From: Verrucomicrobiales bacterium
Lineage (GTDB): Bacteria > Verrucomicrobiota > Verrucomicrobiia > Verrucomicrobiales > V1-33
Assembly (NCBI GenBank): GCA_018003315.1
Contig: JAGNEJ010000016.1
Location: 35 to 64,034 of the forward strand
Direction: 5' to 3'
Length of the DNA: 64,000 bases
The notes under the pieces were generated by a model. That model did not search any database. It was given only the letters and a program-made list of their open reading frames with translations, and was not told the origin of the DNA. Each line of letters begins with the position of its first letter. The first letter of the stretch is position 1. A program made the translations under genes and the position numbers. Shown here piece by piece: positions 36,793 to 45,529 of the stretch.

Positions 36793-39222
36793 ATGCGAAT
36801 CAAACCGCTCATACCTCTTGCGAATTTGGCCGCCCCGGTGCTGCTGGGCAGTCTGCTGCCGACCTTTCTTCAGGCGGCGTCCCCGCTTGTTTTCAATGCA
36901 ACGCCTCCCGTCAACGACCTGCAGGGAACGCTGGCTGCCGAAGTGAAATTTGCACAGAGCCAGATTCTGCCCGTTCGCCCGCGCGAGGGGGACAGCCAAC
37001 CGCACCTGACGGGCTGGCGCAAATGCCTGCTGCTGGTGCGCCCAGTGAAGCCGGATGACACCACGCCGGTGTCCCTCACCGCTCGCGATGGCCAGGGAAA
37101 GACCCTGGGTGCGCTGGATCTCAATGCGCCGAAACAACTGCCGAAAACCGCCTATTTCATGGAAGGTGCGCCGGAGGGTGGAATCGATTTCACGCCGGGG
37201 CCAGGGAGTTCCACTTCCGTCCGCGGCGGCGATCTGGGAAAACTCAACGACAAGAGCGGGGCGTTATTGCTCGGCGAGCTGAAGAATCATGCGCTGGTGG
37301 AAGTCGAAATGGCGGATGGCCGGTGGGTCAGCGACATTTTCCTGCCGCAGGATCGTGCGCTGGACGGAAAGATGGTGCGCGCGAAATCGCAGGCCGGCTA
37401 CGGATCGACCATCCACTACAGCGGCAGAAATGCGAAACTTTCGCGGGGACAAAGCCTGCAGTTCAAGTGCGTGGCTGGTCGGTGGTTCCGCGATGGTGAC
37501 CTGGAAAACAATTCCATTGTTTATTCGGAGCACGCCTGGAGCTGCATCCTGCCGACGGAATGGGTGGCGCCGGGGCTGAACCTCGAATTCCGCCAGGGAT
37601 CGTCCAGCGGCAGGCTCACCGGTCTGAACATCGGAGCGCCGACGCAATTGCTGCTCCATACGATCGACCTCGGCCTGCTGACCACGCCGCGCGGCAAGTA
37701 TGCCTTTGCGGAAGATCCCGAGGCGCACCGCGAGTATTTCCAGACGCTGCCGGTCAGTCGGCTCATTGTGGCGCAGTATGCCCCGCTCGCCCTGACTGAA
37801 GTGATGCTGCCCAATGGCACCCTGCTCAAGGATCACGATCCGAGCGAAGGTGGCTGGCACAGCGGCACGATGCGTCAGAGCATCGGCAAGGAACTGATTT
37901 CCCACGGCATCGACAACGCGAACTACGGCCTGCACAGCACCGCGGGCCAGGGGGAAAACAGCCACCCCTACGTGGCCGCGCAACTCACCGCGCACAACAG
38001 CCGCGGCAAGTATGCCAATGGAATCCAGGTGCATGGCGGCTCGGGCGGCGGCGGCATTGTGACGCTCGACAGCACCCTGGGCAATGAATTCAGCCACGAG
38101 GTGGGGCACAACTACGGGCTGGGGCACTACGTCGGCGGCTTCAACGGCTCCGTGCATCGCAGTGCGGACAGCATCAATTCCACCTGGGGATGGGATGCGG
38201 ACAAAAACCGCTTCCTTCCGAATTTTTATCCGACAAGCAGCGGCAAGGACACCTGTCTGGACAAGCAGTGTCAGGCTCCGTTTCACGGGCATTCGTTTGG
38301 CCTGGATCCCATGGCGGGCGGCTCGCCGTTTTCGGAATTCAACCGTTTCACGCTCTACACGCCGCACACCGCAGCGATCATCCAGCGCTTCCTTGAGGGC
38401 AAGGCGGTCTTCAATGAGAACTCGCCAACCGGCTTCAGCAAGTGGAACGGAACCACTGCACGGATGGAGCCGTTCAGTCACCGCATTGACACCACGCGTG
38501 AGACCACCGCGCCGGTGCAGGATCTGAGCGAGGCAAAACTCATTTCGTTGCTCGCGGGAAGTGATCGGGTGAAGATTTCCATGGCCGACGGCAACTGGAC
38601 CAGGGAAATGCATGTGCCGCCCGCAGCACCGGCCAACCGCGGCCGCGTCGTCACCATCGAACATAACGCCGGCTACAACAGCACCCTTTTCATCAATGGC
38701 GGGCAGGTCACCGTGTCCCGCGGCTTCAAGAAGAACTACATCTCCGACGGAAGCAAATGGAACGAAGGCGCGCTGCCGGAACGCGGAATTGAACGCAAAC
38801 CGCAGGCGTTTGGGGTGCCGGTGGTCACCTTGGTTGGTTATTACGACCCGACCGGCGAAATGCCGAGCTATGTTTACCCAGCCCTGCACGGCGCCTATGG
38901 TTTCTGTTATGCGGATGAGGGTGCGGCGGTGAATGCGGCGGACTGCGAGCTGCAGGTCGAGACGCGCCAGGGTCTGCTGCATTTTCGCCTGGCCAACTTC
39001 CGCATCAAAGCCGGATCCATGAACAAATTCCACGTCAACGTCCCCGAAGCCAGCCAGCCGCGCAGCGTCGCCGTGGTCAGCCGCGGCAAGGTGCTGGACA
39101 AAAAATCGGTCGCGCCGGGGACGGAAAAACTGGGATTCACCGTGAACGGCATCGGGATCCCCGGGCAGACCAGGGCCGCAACTCCCACCGTCGGCAGTTC
39201 GGCCAGTGCCGTGGCACGTTGA
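36793..39222 (+). CDS. peptidase M66 (StcE / dictomallein-like) zinc metalloprotease, secreted
   Basis: FSHEVGHNYGLGHY is the extended HExxHxxGxxH motif characteristic of M66 (StcE carries HEVGHNYGLGH). The ATG at 36793 gives a signal peptide (MRIKPLIPLANLAAPVLLGSLLPTFLQAASP). The 144-codon upstream extension in the ORF track is not protein-like. Confidence 0.8.
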   Translation: MRIKPLIPLANLAAPVLLGSLLPTFLQAASPLVFNATPPVNDLQGTLAAEVKFAQSQILPVRPREGDSQPHLTGWRKCLLLVRPVKPDDTTPVSLTARDGQGKTLGALDLNAPKQLPKTAYFMEGAPEGGIDFTPGPGSSTSVRGGDLGKLNDKSGALLLGELKNHALVEVEMADGRWVSDIFLPQDRALDGKMVRAKSQAGYGSTIHYSGRNAKLSRGQSLQFKCVAGRWFRDGDLENNSIVYSEHAWSCILPTEWVAPGLNLEFRQGSSSGRLTGLNIGAPTQLLLHTIDLGLLTTPRGKYAFAEDPEAHREYFQTLPVSRLIVAQYAPLALTEVMLPNGTLLKDHDPSEGGWHSGTMRQSIGKELISHGIDNANYGLHSTAGQGENSHPYVAAQLTAHNSRGKYANGIQVHGGSGGGGIVTLDSTLGNEFSHEVGHNYGLGHYVGGFNGSVHRSADSINSTWGWDADKNRFLPNFYPTSSGKDTCLDKQCQAPFHGHSFGLDPMAGGSPFSEFNRFTLYTPHTAAIIQRFLEGKAVFNENSPTGFSKWNGTTARMEPFSHRIDTTRETTAPVQDLSEAKLISLLAGSDRVKISMADGNWTREMHVPPAAPANRGRVVTIEHNAGYNSTLFINGGQVTVSRGFKKNYISDGSKWNEGALPERGIERKPQAFGVPVVTLVGYYDPTGEMPSYVYPALHGAYGFCYADEGAAVNAADCELQVETRQGLLHFRLANFRIKAGSMNKFHVNVPEASQPRSVAVVSRGKVLDKKSVAPGTEKLGFTVNGIGIPGQTRAATPTVGSSASAVAR

Positions 39223-39262
39223 GTCTTCATTTTCCCGGCGCAGCCGGACACTGCAATCTCCC

Positions 39263-40360
39263 ATGAACGCGATCCCACGCCGGACTTTTCTGCAGAATGC
39301 CGCCGTTGCCACTGCGGGTTCCGTCATTGCGCCAACCTTTTGGACGCCGGGCGCGGCGACGCCATCCGAGCCTTCCGCAGCGAAACTTCCGCGCTGGCGC
39401 GGGTTTAACCTGCTGGAAAAATTCATCCAGCGCCGGGAGGGCAATCCGCCGTTTCGCGAGACCGATTTCCAGATGATGCAGGACTGGGGATTCGACTTTG
39501 CACGGCTGCCGATGTCCTATCAATGCTGGTCGTGGCCGGATCCTGCGCAGTGGCTTGAAATGGACGAGGCGCAGATTCAACATCTCGACCAGGCTGTGAA
39601 ACTCGGCCGCCGCCACGGCATTCACATCAACCTCAACCTGCATCGCGCACCGGGCTACTGCGTCAATCCGCCGAAGGAACCGCTGGATTTGTGGAAGGAT
39701 GCCGCGGCCCTCGACGCCAGCGCCCACCACTGGGCGACTCTGGCAAAACGCTTCAAGGGCGTGTCCAATCGCGAACTCAGTTTCGACCTGCTCAATGAAC
39801 CGGCGGACATTCCAGCGGAAACCTATGCCAGGGTGGTGCGGCATCTCGTTGCGGCCATCCGTGCAGAGGATTCGCAGCGACTCATCATTGCCGATGGCTT
39901 GAAATGGGGCCGGGACCCGGTGGAGGAACTCATTGGCTTGGGCGTCGCACAGAGCACGCGGGGATATGATCCGATGCGGGTCAGCCATCACCAGGCCAAC
40001 TGGATTCACGGCTCCGAAAAATGGGAGAGTCCTTCATGGCCGTTGCAGGAGGGCGATGGCGAATGGAACCGGGACCGCCTGCGCCGCGAACGCATCGCCC
40101 CCTGGCAGGCACTGGCAAAGCGTGGAGTGGGGGTGCATGTCGGCGAATGGGGTGCCCACAACCGCACGCCGCACGCCGTGGTGCTGGCCTGGATGCGCGA
40201 CCAACTGGCATTGTGGCAGGAAGCCGGGTGGGGCTGGGCGCTGTGGAATCTGCGCGGCAGTTTCGGCGTCCTCGACAGCGGACGCAGCGACGTGGTTTGC
40301 GAAGATTTTCATGGCCACAAGCTCGACCGGGCAATGCTCAAGCTGCTGCAGGCGGGCTGA
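39263..40360 (+). CDS. glycoside hydrolase family 5 (cellulase-like), TAT-signal
   Basis: Twin-arginine leader MNAIPRRTFLQNAAVATAGS. FDLLNEP (acid/base NEP) and VHVGEWG (nucleophile Glu) are GH5 clan GH-A signatures. Confidence 0.75.
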   Translation: MNAIPRRTFLQNAAVATAGSVIAPTFWTPGAATPSEPSAAKLPRWRGFNLLEKFIQRREGNPPFRETDFQMMQDWGFDFARLPMSYQCWSWPDPAQWLEMDEAQIQHLDQAVKLGRRHGIHINLNLHRAPGYCVNPPKEPLDLWKDAAALDASAHHWATLAKRFKGVSNRELSFDLLNEPADIPAETYARVVRHLVAAIRAEDSQRLIIADGLKWGRDPVEELIGLGVAQSTRGYDPMRVSHHQANWIHGSEKWESPSWPLQEGDGEWNRDRLRRERIAPWQALAKRGVGVHVGEWGAHNRTPHAVVLAWMRDQLALWQEAGWGWALWNLRGSFGVLDSGRSDVVCEDFHGHKLDRAMLKLLQAG

Positions 40361-40436
40361 GGGAAGCGGACGCCGCACGGGGCAAAAGCCGCTGCGGCTA
40401 TTGTCCATCGGGCGCGTTTTTTCCCTCTGTCAGGGT

Positions 40437-41399
40437 TTACGGCGCAGGCTCGTCCGTTCCCCGTGTGGTCTTGGCGTGCAGGATGTCCTCACGGTCAAAC
40501 CACAGCGGGTCGAGGGCGAGGAACCGCCGCCAGCCGGGTTCCGCCGTTTGCTGCTGGTGGTAAATCATCCACAGTTTTCCATCCGGACCGGTGACGACGC
40601 AGTGATGTCCCGGTCCAAAAACGCCATTGCCGCGGTGGGCAATGGGATTGCCTGAGTATTTGGTGAATGGACCAAGCGGGGACTTCGCGGTGGCGTAACC
40701 AATGGCGTAGTCCGGGCCGTCCGCGCCGCTGCCGGAATACATGAGGTGGTAGATCCCCTTGTGCTTGAGCATCCAGGGACCTTCGGTGACTTCGCCTTTC
40801 CGGCGTTCCCAATCCACAGTAGGCCGGATGACTTCCCTGGCCTCGCCCTGTTTTGTCAGGGGATCGGCCATCGGCTGGACTTTGATTTTGAATCCGCCCT
40901 CCAGATCCACGTAGTAGAGAAACAGCGACCCGTTGTCGTCCCGGAACAAATGCGCATCAATGGCGTGGCTGGCCAGATTGCCGCGGTCCTTGAACGGCCC
41001 GAGTGGTCCGTCGGCCACCGCCACACCAATGACCTTGTTCAGGCCGCTTCGTTCGCCCGCGGCCCGGCTCACGGTGTAGTAGAGATAAAATTTCCGATCG
41101 CCAGTGGCATGGTAAAAGACATCCGGCGCCCAGGCCCCTCCGCGGGCATCGGTATAACACTTGGGCTTCTGCTCCCAGCGGATGAGGTCATCGGATACAA
41201 ACACGTCGTAGCCCCGTCCGTCGGTGGTCGGATACAGGTAGTAGCGTCCCTCATGAAGGAGAACGTGGGGATCCGCCGCACGAGTTTGGCCGAGGATCGG
41301 ATTGCGGTAGGTCCTTGCCGCAGGTTGCGCGGAGGCGGTCATGGCGCTCAGCATGGTTATGGCCAGGCTGAACACGGCGGAACGGATGGATGGATGCAT
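40437..41399 (-). CDS. glycoside hydrolase family 43 (arabinanase/xylosidase-like)
   Basis: Signal peptide, then YRNPILG..ADPHVLLHEGRYYLYPT (catalytic Asp), WAPDVFY, IDAHLFRDDNGSLFLYY and EGPWMLKHKGIYHLMYSG (catalytic Glu), the classic GH43 five-blade propeller motifs. Confidence 0.8.
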   Translation of the reverse strand: MHPSIRSAVFSLAITMLSAMTASAQPAARTYRNPILGQTRAADPHVLLHEGRYYLYPTTDGRGYDVFVSDDLIRWEQKPKCYTDARGGAWAPDVFYHATGDRKFYLYYTVSRAAGERSGLNKVIGVAVADGPLGPFKDRGNLASHAIDAHLFRDDNGSLFLYYVDLEGGFKIKVQPMADPLTKQGEAREVIRPTVDWERRKGEVTEGPWMLKHKGIYHLMYSGSGADGPDYAIGYATAKSPLGPFTKYSGNPIAHRGNGVFGPGHHCVVTGPDGKLWMIYHQQQTAEPGWRRFLALDPLWFDREDILHAKTTRGTDEPAP

Positions 41400-41411
41400 C
41401 AGGGGAGGTGG

Positions 41412-42806
41412 CTAGAGATTCCATCCCGTCCGGTAGTCGCGACGCAGGAACTTGTTTGCTTCCTCAGAGTTGGTAAAGCGCAGCGCTGCGGAGTCCCAGA
41501 GCAGCTTTTTGGTGGTCAATTCCTCGCGCATTCGCAGGCGCAGCGCCACGTTGCCCAGGAGCACCGTCTCCGTGAGCGGACCGGCCCAATCGAAGTGGGA
41601 ACCGGCAGCCGCTCCGCCCTTGCAGGCTTCGGCCCATTCTTTGTAATGACCAATCGAGCGCTCCAGCTTCCGCGGCGGAGCGCCATACTCCCGCATCCGT
41701 TTTTCCGGGATGAGGCTCCATTGCATTTTCTGGCTGAGGATTTTCCCCTTGTCGCCGACGAGCAGTGCGCCTGTGGCTCCCATTGTCCGCCCGTCCTCCA
41801 GCTCTTCGGGACGCTGCGGGCGAAGGCCACCGTCATGCCAGACCAGCTTCACCGGCGGAAGTTCGCCGCGCGCCGGAAATTGATAGGTGACCATCGATGC
41901 CAGCGGATAGGTCTCCTCGTTGACGCGGGTCGAACTGGCTTCCACGCTGGTCGGCGGGCCGAGTTTCAGCGCACGAAATATCGGGTCGAACGAATGGCAG
42001 CCGATGTCGCCCAGTGCGCCCGTTCCAAAATCCCACCAGCCGCGCCATTTGAAGGGCAGATAGGCCGGATGAAACGGCCGTTCCGGTGCCGGGCCGAGCC
42101 AGAGATTCCAATCCAGCGTCTGCGGTACGGGCGGCGTGTCGCTGGGGCGGGCGACACCCTGCGGCCAATACTCATTGAAGAGGCCATTGGACGGGCGATC
42201 GGTCCAGATGTGCGCTTCCCGCACCGGACCGATGGCTCCGTCCCACACCATTTCGCAGAGCAGTCGCGTGGCTTCGGTGGCTTGGCCCTGGTTCCCCATT
42301 TGCGTGGCCAGCTTGCGCTCGCGTGCCACGGTGGCGACCCGGCGCGCTTCCCAGACGGAGTGGGTGAGCGGCTTTTCGCAATAGACGTGCTTCCCCAACT
42401 GCAGCGCGGCCAGGGAAGCGAAGGCATGGACATGATCCGGCGTCGCCACGACCACGGCGTCGATGTCCTTCTGCTCGTCGAGCATCTTGCGGTAATCCTT
42501 CCACTGCCTGGCCTTCGGAAACCTGGCAAAAGTTCCTGCGGCGTACGTCCAGTCCACGTCGCAGAGCCCGACAATGTTATGATCCGGGAACTGGCTGATG
42601 TCGTGGCCGCCCTGACCGGCAACTCCAATGCCGGCAATGTTGAGTTTCTCACTGGGCGGAATGGCACCATTGAGCCCGAGCACCGATCCCGGTACGATTT
42701 GGAAGGACGCTGCGGATGCGGTGATGCCGCCCAAGAATCGGCGGCGGGAAAACGTCCGGGAGGATTCCGTGGCAGCTGAACGCGGCGAAGCACTGGCGGT
42801 ATTCAT
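41412..42806 (-). CDS. Gfo/Idh/MocA family oxidoreductase with twin-arginine signal
   Basis: TAT motif SRRRFLGGITASAA. Rossmann segment LNIAGIGVAGQGGHD. EKPL motif (CEKPLTH) typical of Gfo/Idh/MocA. Its start overlaps the upstream stop in ATGA. Confidence 0.8.
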   Translation of the reverse strand: MNTASASPRSAATESSRTFSRRRFLGGITASAASFQIVPGSVLGLNGAIPPSEKLNIAGIGVAGQGGHDISQFPDHNIVGLCDVDWTYAAGTFARFPKARQWKDYRKMLDEQKDIDAVVVATPDHVHAFASLAALQLGKHVYCEKPLTHSVWEARRVATVARERKLATQMGNQGQATEATRLLCEMVWDGAIGPVREAHIWTDRPSNGLFNEYWPQGVARPSDTPPVPQTLDWNLWLGPAPERPFHPAYLPFKWRGWWDFGTGALGDIGCHSFDPIFRALKLGPPTSVEASSTRVNEETYPLASMVTYQFPARGELPPVKLVWHDGGLRPQRPEELEDGRTMGATGALLVGDKGKILSQKMQWSLIPEKRMREYGAPPRKLERSIGHYKEWAEACKGGAAAGSHFDWAGPLTETVLLGNVALRLRMREELTTKKLLWDSAALRFTNSEEANKFLRRDYRTGWNL

Positions 42807-44020
42807 AGCTTGTATTCCGGGATTTTAAGCAGCTCGCCGTTTTTCAATGCCGACTGGTGCGCGACGATGCCGGAAACGGTCAGGTTCAGCGCCATCACAA
42901 TGTCCACGAGCGGTGCACGGTCCTGGAGAATGGCGGTGACAAACTCATTGGTTAGGTGCCCGTGCGATCCTCCGTGTCCCCCCGCGGAGATGCCCGGCGG
43001 AAGCGGCGGGCGTTTTGTGGACGGTAGGTTTTTTTCCAGCCCCTCGTATTTTCCGTAAAAGGAACCGCGCTGGCCGCGGATGCGACCCATTTCGCCGCCA
43101 ACGCCGGGTGTGTCCCAACTGACGGCCATGCGCGACATGCCGCCTTCGCTGGTGCGGAAGAGCGCAATTTCGGTGCCGAATGGGTTTTGGTACCGGTTGT
43201 TAGGTGCCTGCAGGTGATGGATGCGGCTGGGCATGCCCATGCAGGACACCTCAGTGAATCGCCCGCCGGTCACGCCGCAGTAGTAGGCGTTGGAGTGGGT
43301 GGGGTACCACTGCGGCGGCAGTCCGACGCGCCAGTCCTTGTAGGAGTCGAGCGGGTGGTCCATGTAGTGGTAGTATTCGCCTTCTGAATACACGAGCTGG
43401 TCGAAGCCTCCGGCTCGGTAAATCTGTCTCATCGCGGTGAGATCTTCGTGATAACATGAGGTTTCGAACATCATGTATTTCCGTCCGCTCGTCTTGACCG
43501 CTGCGAGCAAGTGATCGGCTTCTTCCAGTGATCCAAACACTGCCGGCACCGCCGAGGCCACGTGCTTGCCGTGCTTCAGCACTTCAATGCAGTGGCGGGC
43601 GTGGCTGGGGGCATCCGTGGCGACGAAGATGGCCTCGATGCGGTCGTCCTTCACCATTTCCTCCAATGACGGATAGGTCTTGCTGCAGCCGGTGACTTTC
43701 GCGAGTTCAGCGCACCGGTCGGGAAGCAGATCGCTGACGGCGGTCACCTCGACATTCGGATGGTTCTGGAATCCGAAGGCGGCGGAAAATTTGCAGACGC
43801 CGTATCCGACGAGGCCCACGCGAATTTTCCGGTCGGAAACCGGCTGCCAGTCTTTCGAGGCATCGGGAGAATCCGGAACCTGCTCGAAACCCTGAATTGG
43901 CTTTTCCGCACCGGGTGTGGTCGATGGAAGGCCAAGCGCCGCTGCGCTGATTCCGGCAGCCTGCAGAAACGATCGGCGGCTGAATGAGGGCGGGGAATGG
44001 GGTGCGGACGGCTCTTTCAT
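42803..44020 (-). CDS. Gfo/Idh/MocA family oxidoreductase with twin-arginine signal
   Basis: TAT motif SRRSFLQAAGISAAALG. Rossmann segment IRVGLVGYGVCKF. Size and composition fit the family. ATGA overlaps at both ends. Confidence 0.8.
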   Translation of the reverse strand: MKEPSAPHSPPSFSRRSFLQAAGISAAALGLPSTTPGAEKPIQGFEQVPDSPDASKDWQPVSDRKIRVGLVGYGVCKFSAAFGFQNHPNVEVTAVSDLLPDRCAELAKVTGCSKTYPSLEEMVKDDRIEAIFVATDAPSHARHCIEVLKHGKHVASAVPAVFGSLEEADHLLAAVKTSGRKYMMFETSCYHEDLTAMRQIYRAGGFDQLVYSEGEYYHYMDHPLDSYKDWRVGLPPQWYPTHSNAYYCGVTGGRFTEVSCMGMPSRIHHLQAPNNRYQNPFGTEIALFRTSEGGMSRMAVSWDTPGVGGEMGRIRGQRGSFYGKYEGLEKNLPSTKRPPLPPGISAGGHGGSHGHLTNEFVTAILQDRAPLVDIVMALNLTVSGIVAHQSALKNGELLKIPEYKL

Positions 44021-45519
44021 GGCGCGGTTTGGGTGGGCTGGTTGTTGTCAGGAGCGTTTTTGTCAGGACTGCGTGGTTTCGCTTCACCAAACGCATAAAT
44101 CAGGCTCCGGGTGCGCACATACAGCTTGTTGTCCGCAATGGCGGGGGTGGCTAGGACGGGCTCGTTGAGCGGATTGCGCGCCAGAACTTCGAGGGTGTCT
44201 CCGGCACGATAGACGACCACTACGCCGGGCTGCGAGGCGACGCAGATTTTTCCAGATGCGGCCACGGGGGAGCAGTAGTAGTCGCCCAGTGCGTCGAGCC
44301 GTTCGTCCCGGTAGTGATAGTCGCCCGTCCGCGCGTCGAGGCATGAGGCCATTCCACCGTTTCGAACCAAATAGAGACGGCCATTAAAAAACAACGGCGA
44401 AGGCACGTAGGGCAGGCCCCGTGTCGCGGTCCAGACGACGTGCGTATCGGTGACGTCGCCGTGGCCATCAGGCCGCACCGCAAGCGCCACGTTTTTTGCT
44501 TCGTCAAAAACGCGGACGATGTCGGCGTATTCCTCCCGGGTGATGCGTCCGTTTTTGTCAGCGTCGATGTAGAGGAAGTGCTGTTTGGCCGGGCCGCCAG
44601 TGGCCTCATTCTGCGCAAGCTGGCCGTCCTTGTTGGCATCGCCCTGCTCCAGCAGCCGGTCGAAGGCGGGCATCCGGCTCACGCCTGATCCGTAGGTCCA
44701 CCCTGCGACGAAAATCATACCGTCCCCGGAAACCGGCGAAGAAACCATTTCATTGGGCAGTCCGCGCACCGTCCAGCGTTCGCTGCCGTTGTTCAGACCA
44801 TAGGAAACCAGGCGCAGACTGCCGGGCACAATAATCTGTTCCGGCTTCTCCGGCGGCCACGGTAGCGGCGTCGAAAATCCACGGTGAAACCCCGGCCGTT
44901 CGGTTTGCCACACGGTTTGACCGTTGCGCTTGTTCACCGCCAACAAATGGGAGCCGACATCCTGGTCGCGATTCAGGATCAACAAATCCCCCGCCAGCAC
45001 CGGCGAGGTGCCGGCCCCATGCTGCGTGACCGGGATGGGCAGCGGCTTTCGCCACAGCTCCACGCCTTCAAAATCATACGCCGCGAGCCCGAACGAGCCG
45101 AAATAGACGCACACCCGTTCGCCATCCGTCGCCGTCGTGGCCGTGGCCGGATGGCTCAGCGGCGCACCGCGTTCGATGCTGCCTGGCTCGATGTGACGCC
45201 GCCACAGCACCCGGCCGTCGTTTCGGTCGAGGCAGAGGGTTTCCAGCTTTCCTTCGGAAAATCCTGTCAGGAAAATCTTCCCATTCCAGATGCAGGGCGA
45301 CGAATGGCCTTCGGGCGCAGCGGTTTTCCAGACGACATTGTTGTCAGGACCAAAATGGGTTGGAAAATCGCCGGACCCAATACCGGAACCTCCCGGCCCT
45401 CGGAACTGCGGCCAGCGCGCCCCGATTTCATCGGCAGCCAGCGCGGTCTGACTGGCAGAAAATGCCGCCATGATCAATGCCCAGGCGGACAGGAGTTTCG
45501 GGTAATGCCGCAAAATCAT
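44017..45519 (-). CDS. PQQ-like (BamB/YVTN-type) beta-propeller protein with inserted EF-hand pair
   Basis: The ATG at 45519 gives signal peptide MILRHYPKLLSAWALIMAAFSASQTALA. Repeated VW/LW propeller blades. Two EF-hand loops, DANKDGQLAQNE and DADKNGRITREE. Confidence 0.65.
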   Translation of the reverse strand: MILRHYPKLLSAWALIMAAFSASQTALAADEIGARWPQFRGPGGSGIGSGDFPTHFGPDNNVVWKTAAPEGHSSPCIWNGKIFLTGFSEGKLETLCLDRNDGRVLWRRHIEPGSIERGAPLSHPATATTATDGERVCVYFGSFGLAAYDFEGVELWRKPLPIPVTQHGAGTSPVLAGDLLILNRDQDVGSHLLAVNKRNGQTVWQTERPGFHRGFSTPLPWPPEKPEQIIVPGSLRLVSYGLNNGSERWTVRGLPNEMVSSPVSGDGMIFVAGWTYGSGVSRMPAFDRLLEQGDANKDGQLAQNEATGGPAKQHFLYIDADKNGRITREEYADIVRVFDEAKNVALAVRPDGHGDVTDTHVVWTATRGLPYVPSPLFFNGRLYLVRNGGMASCLDARTGDYHYRDERLDALGDYYCSPVAASGKICVASQPGVVVVYRAGDTLEVLARNPLNEPVLATPAIADNKLYVRTRSLIYAFGEAKPRSPDKNAPDNNQPTQTAP

Positions 45520-45529
45520 GTGTGGAGAA

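Noticed and set aside
37264-39444. 726-aa minus-strand ORF
   Set aside because: It is antisense to the M66 protease (HEVGHNYGLGH motif on the plus strand). No motifs, shadow-frame composition.
40746-42779. 677-aa plus-strand ORF
   Set aside because: It is antisense to GH43 and a TAT-signal Gfo/Idh/MocA gene. Shadow frame.
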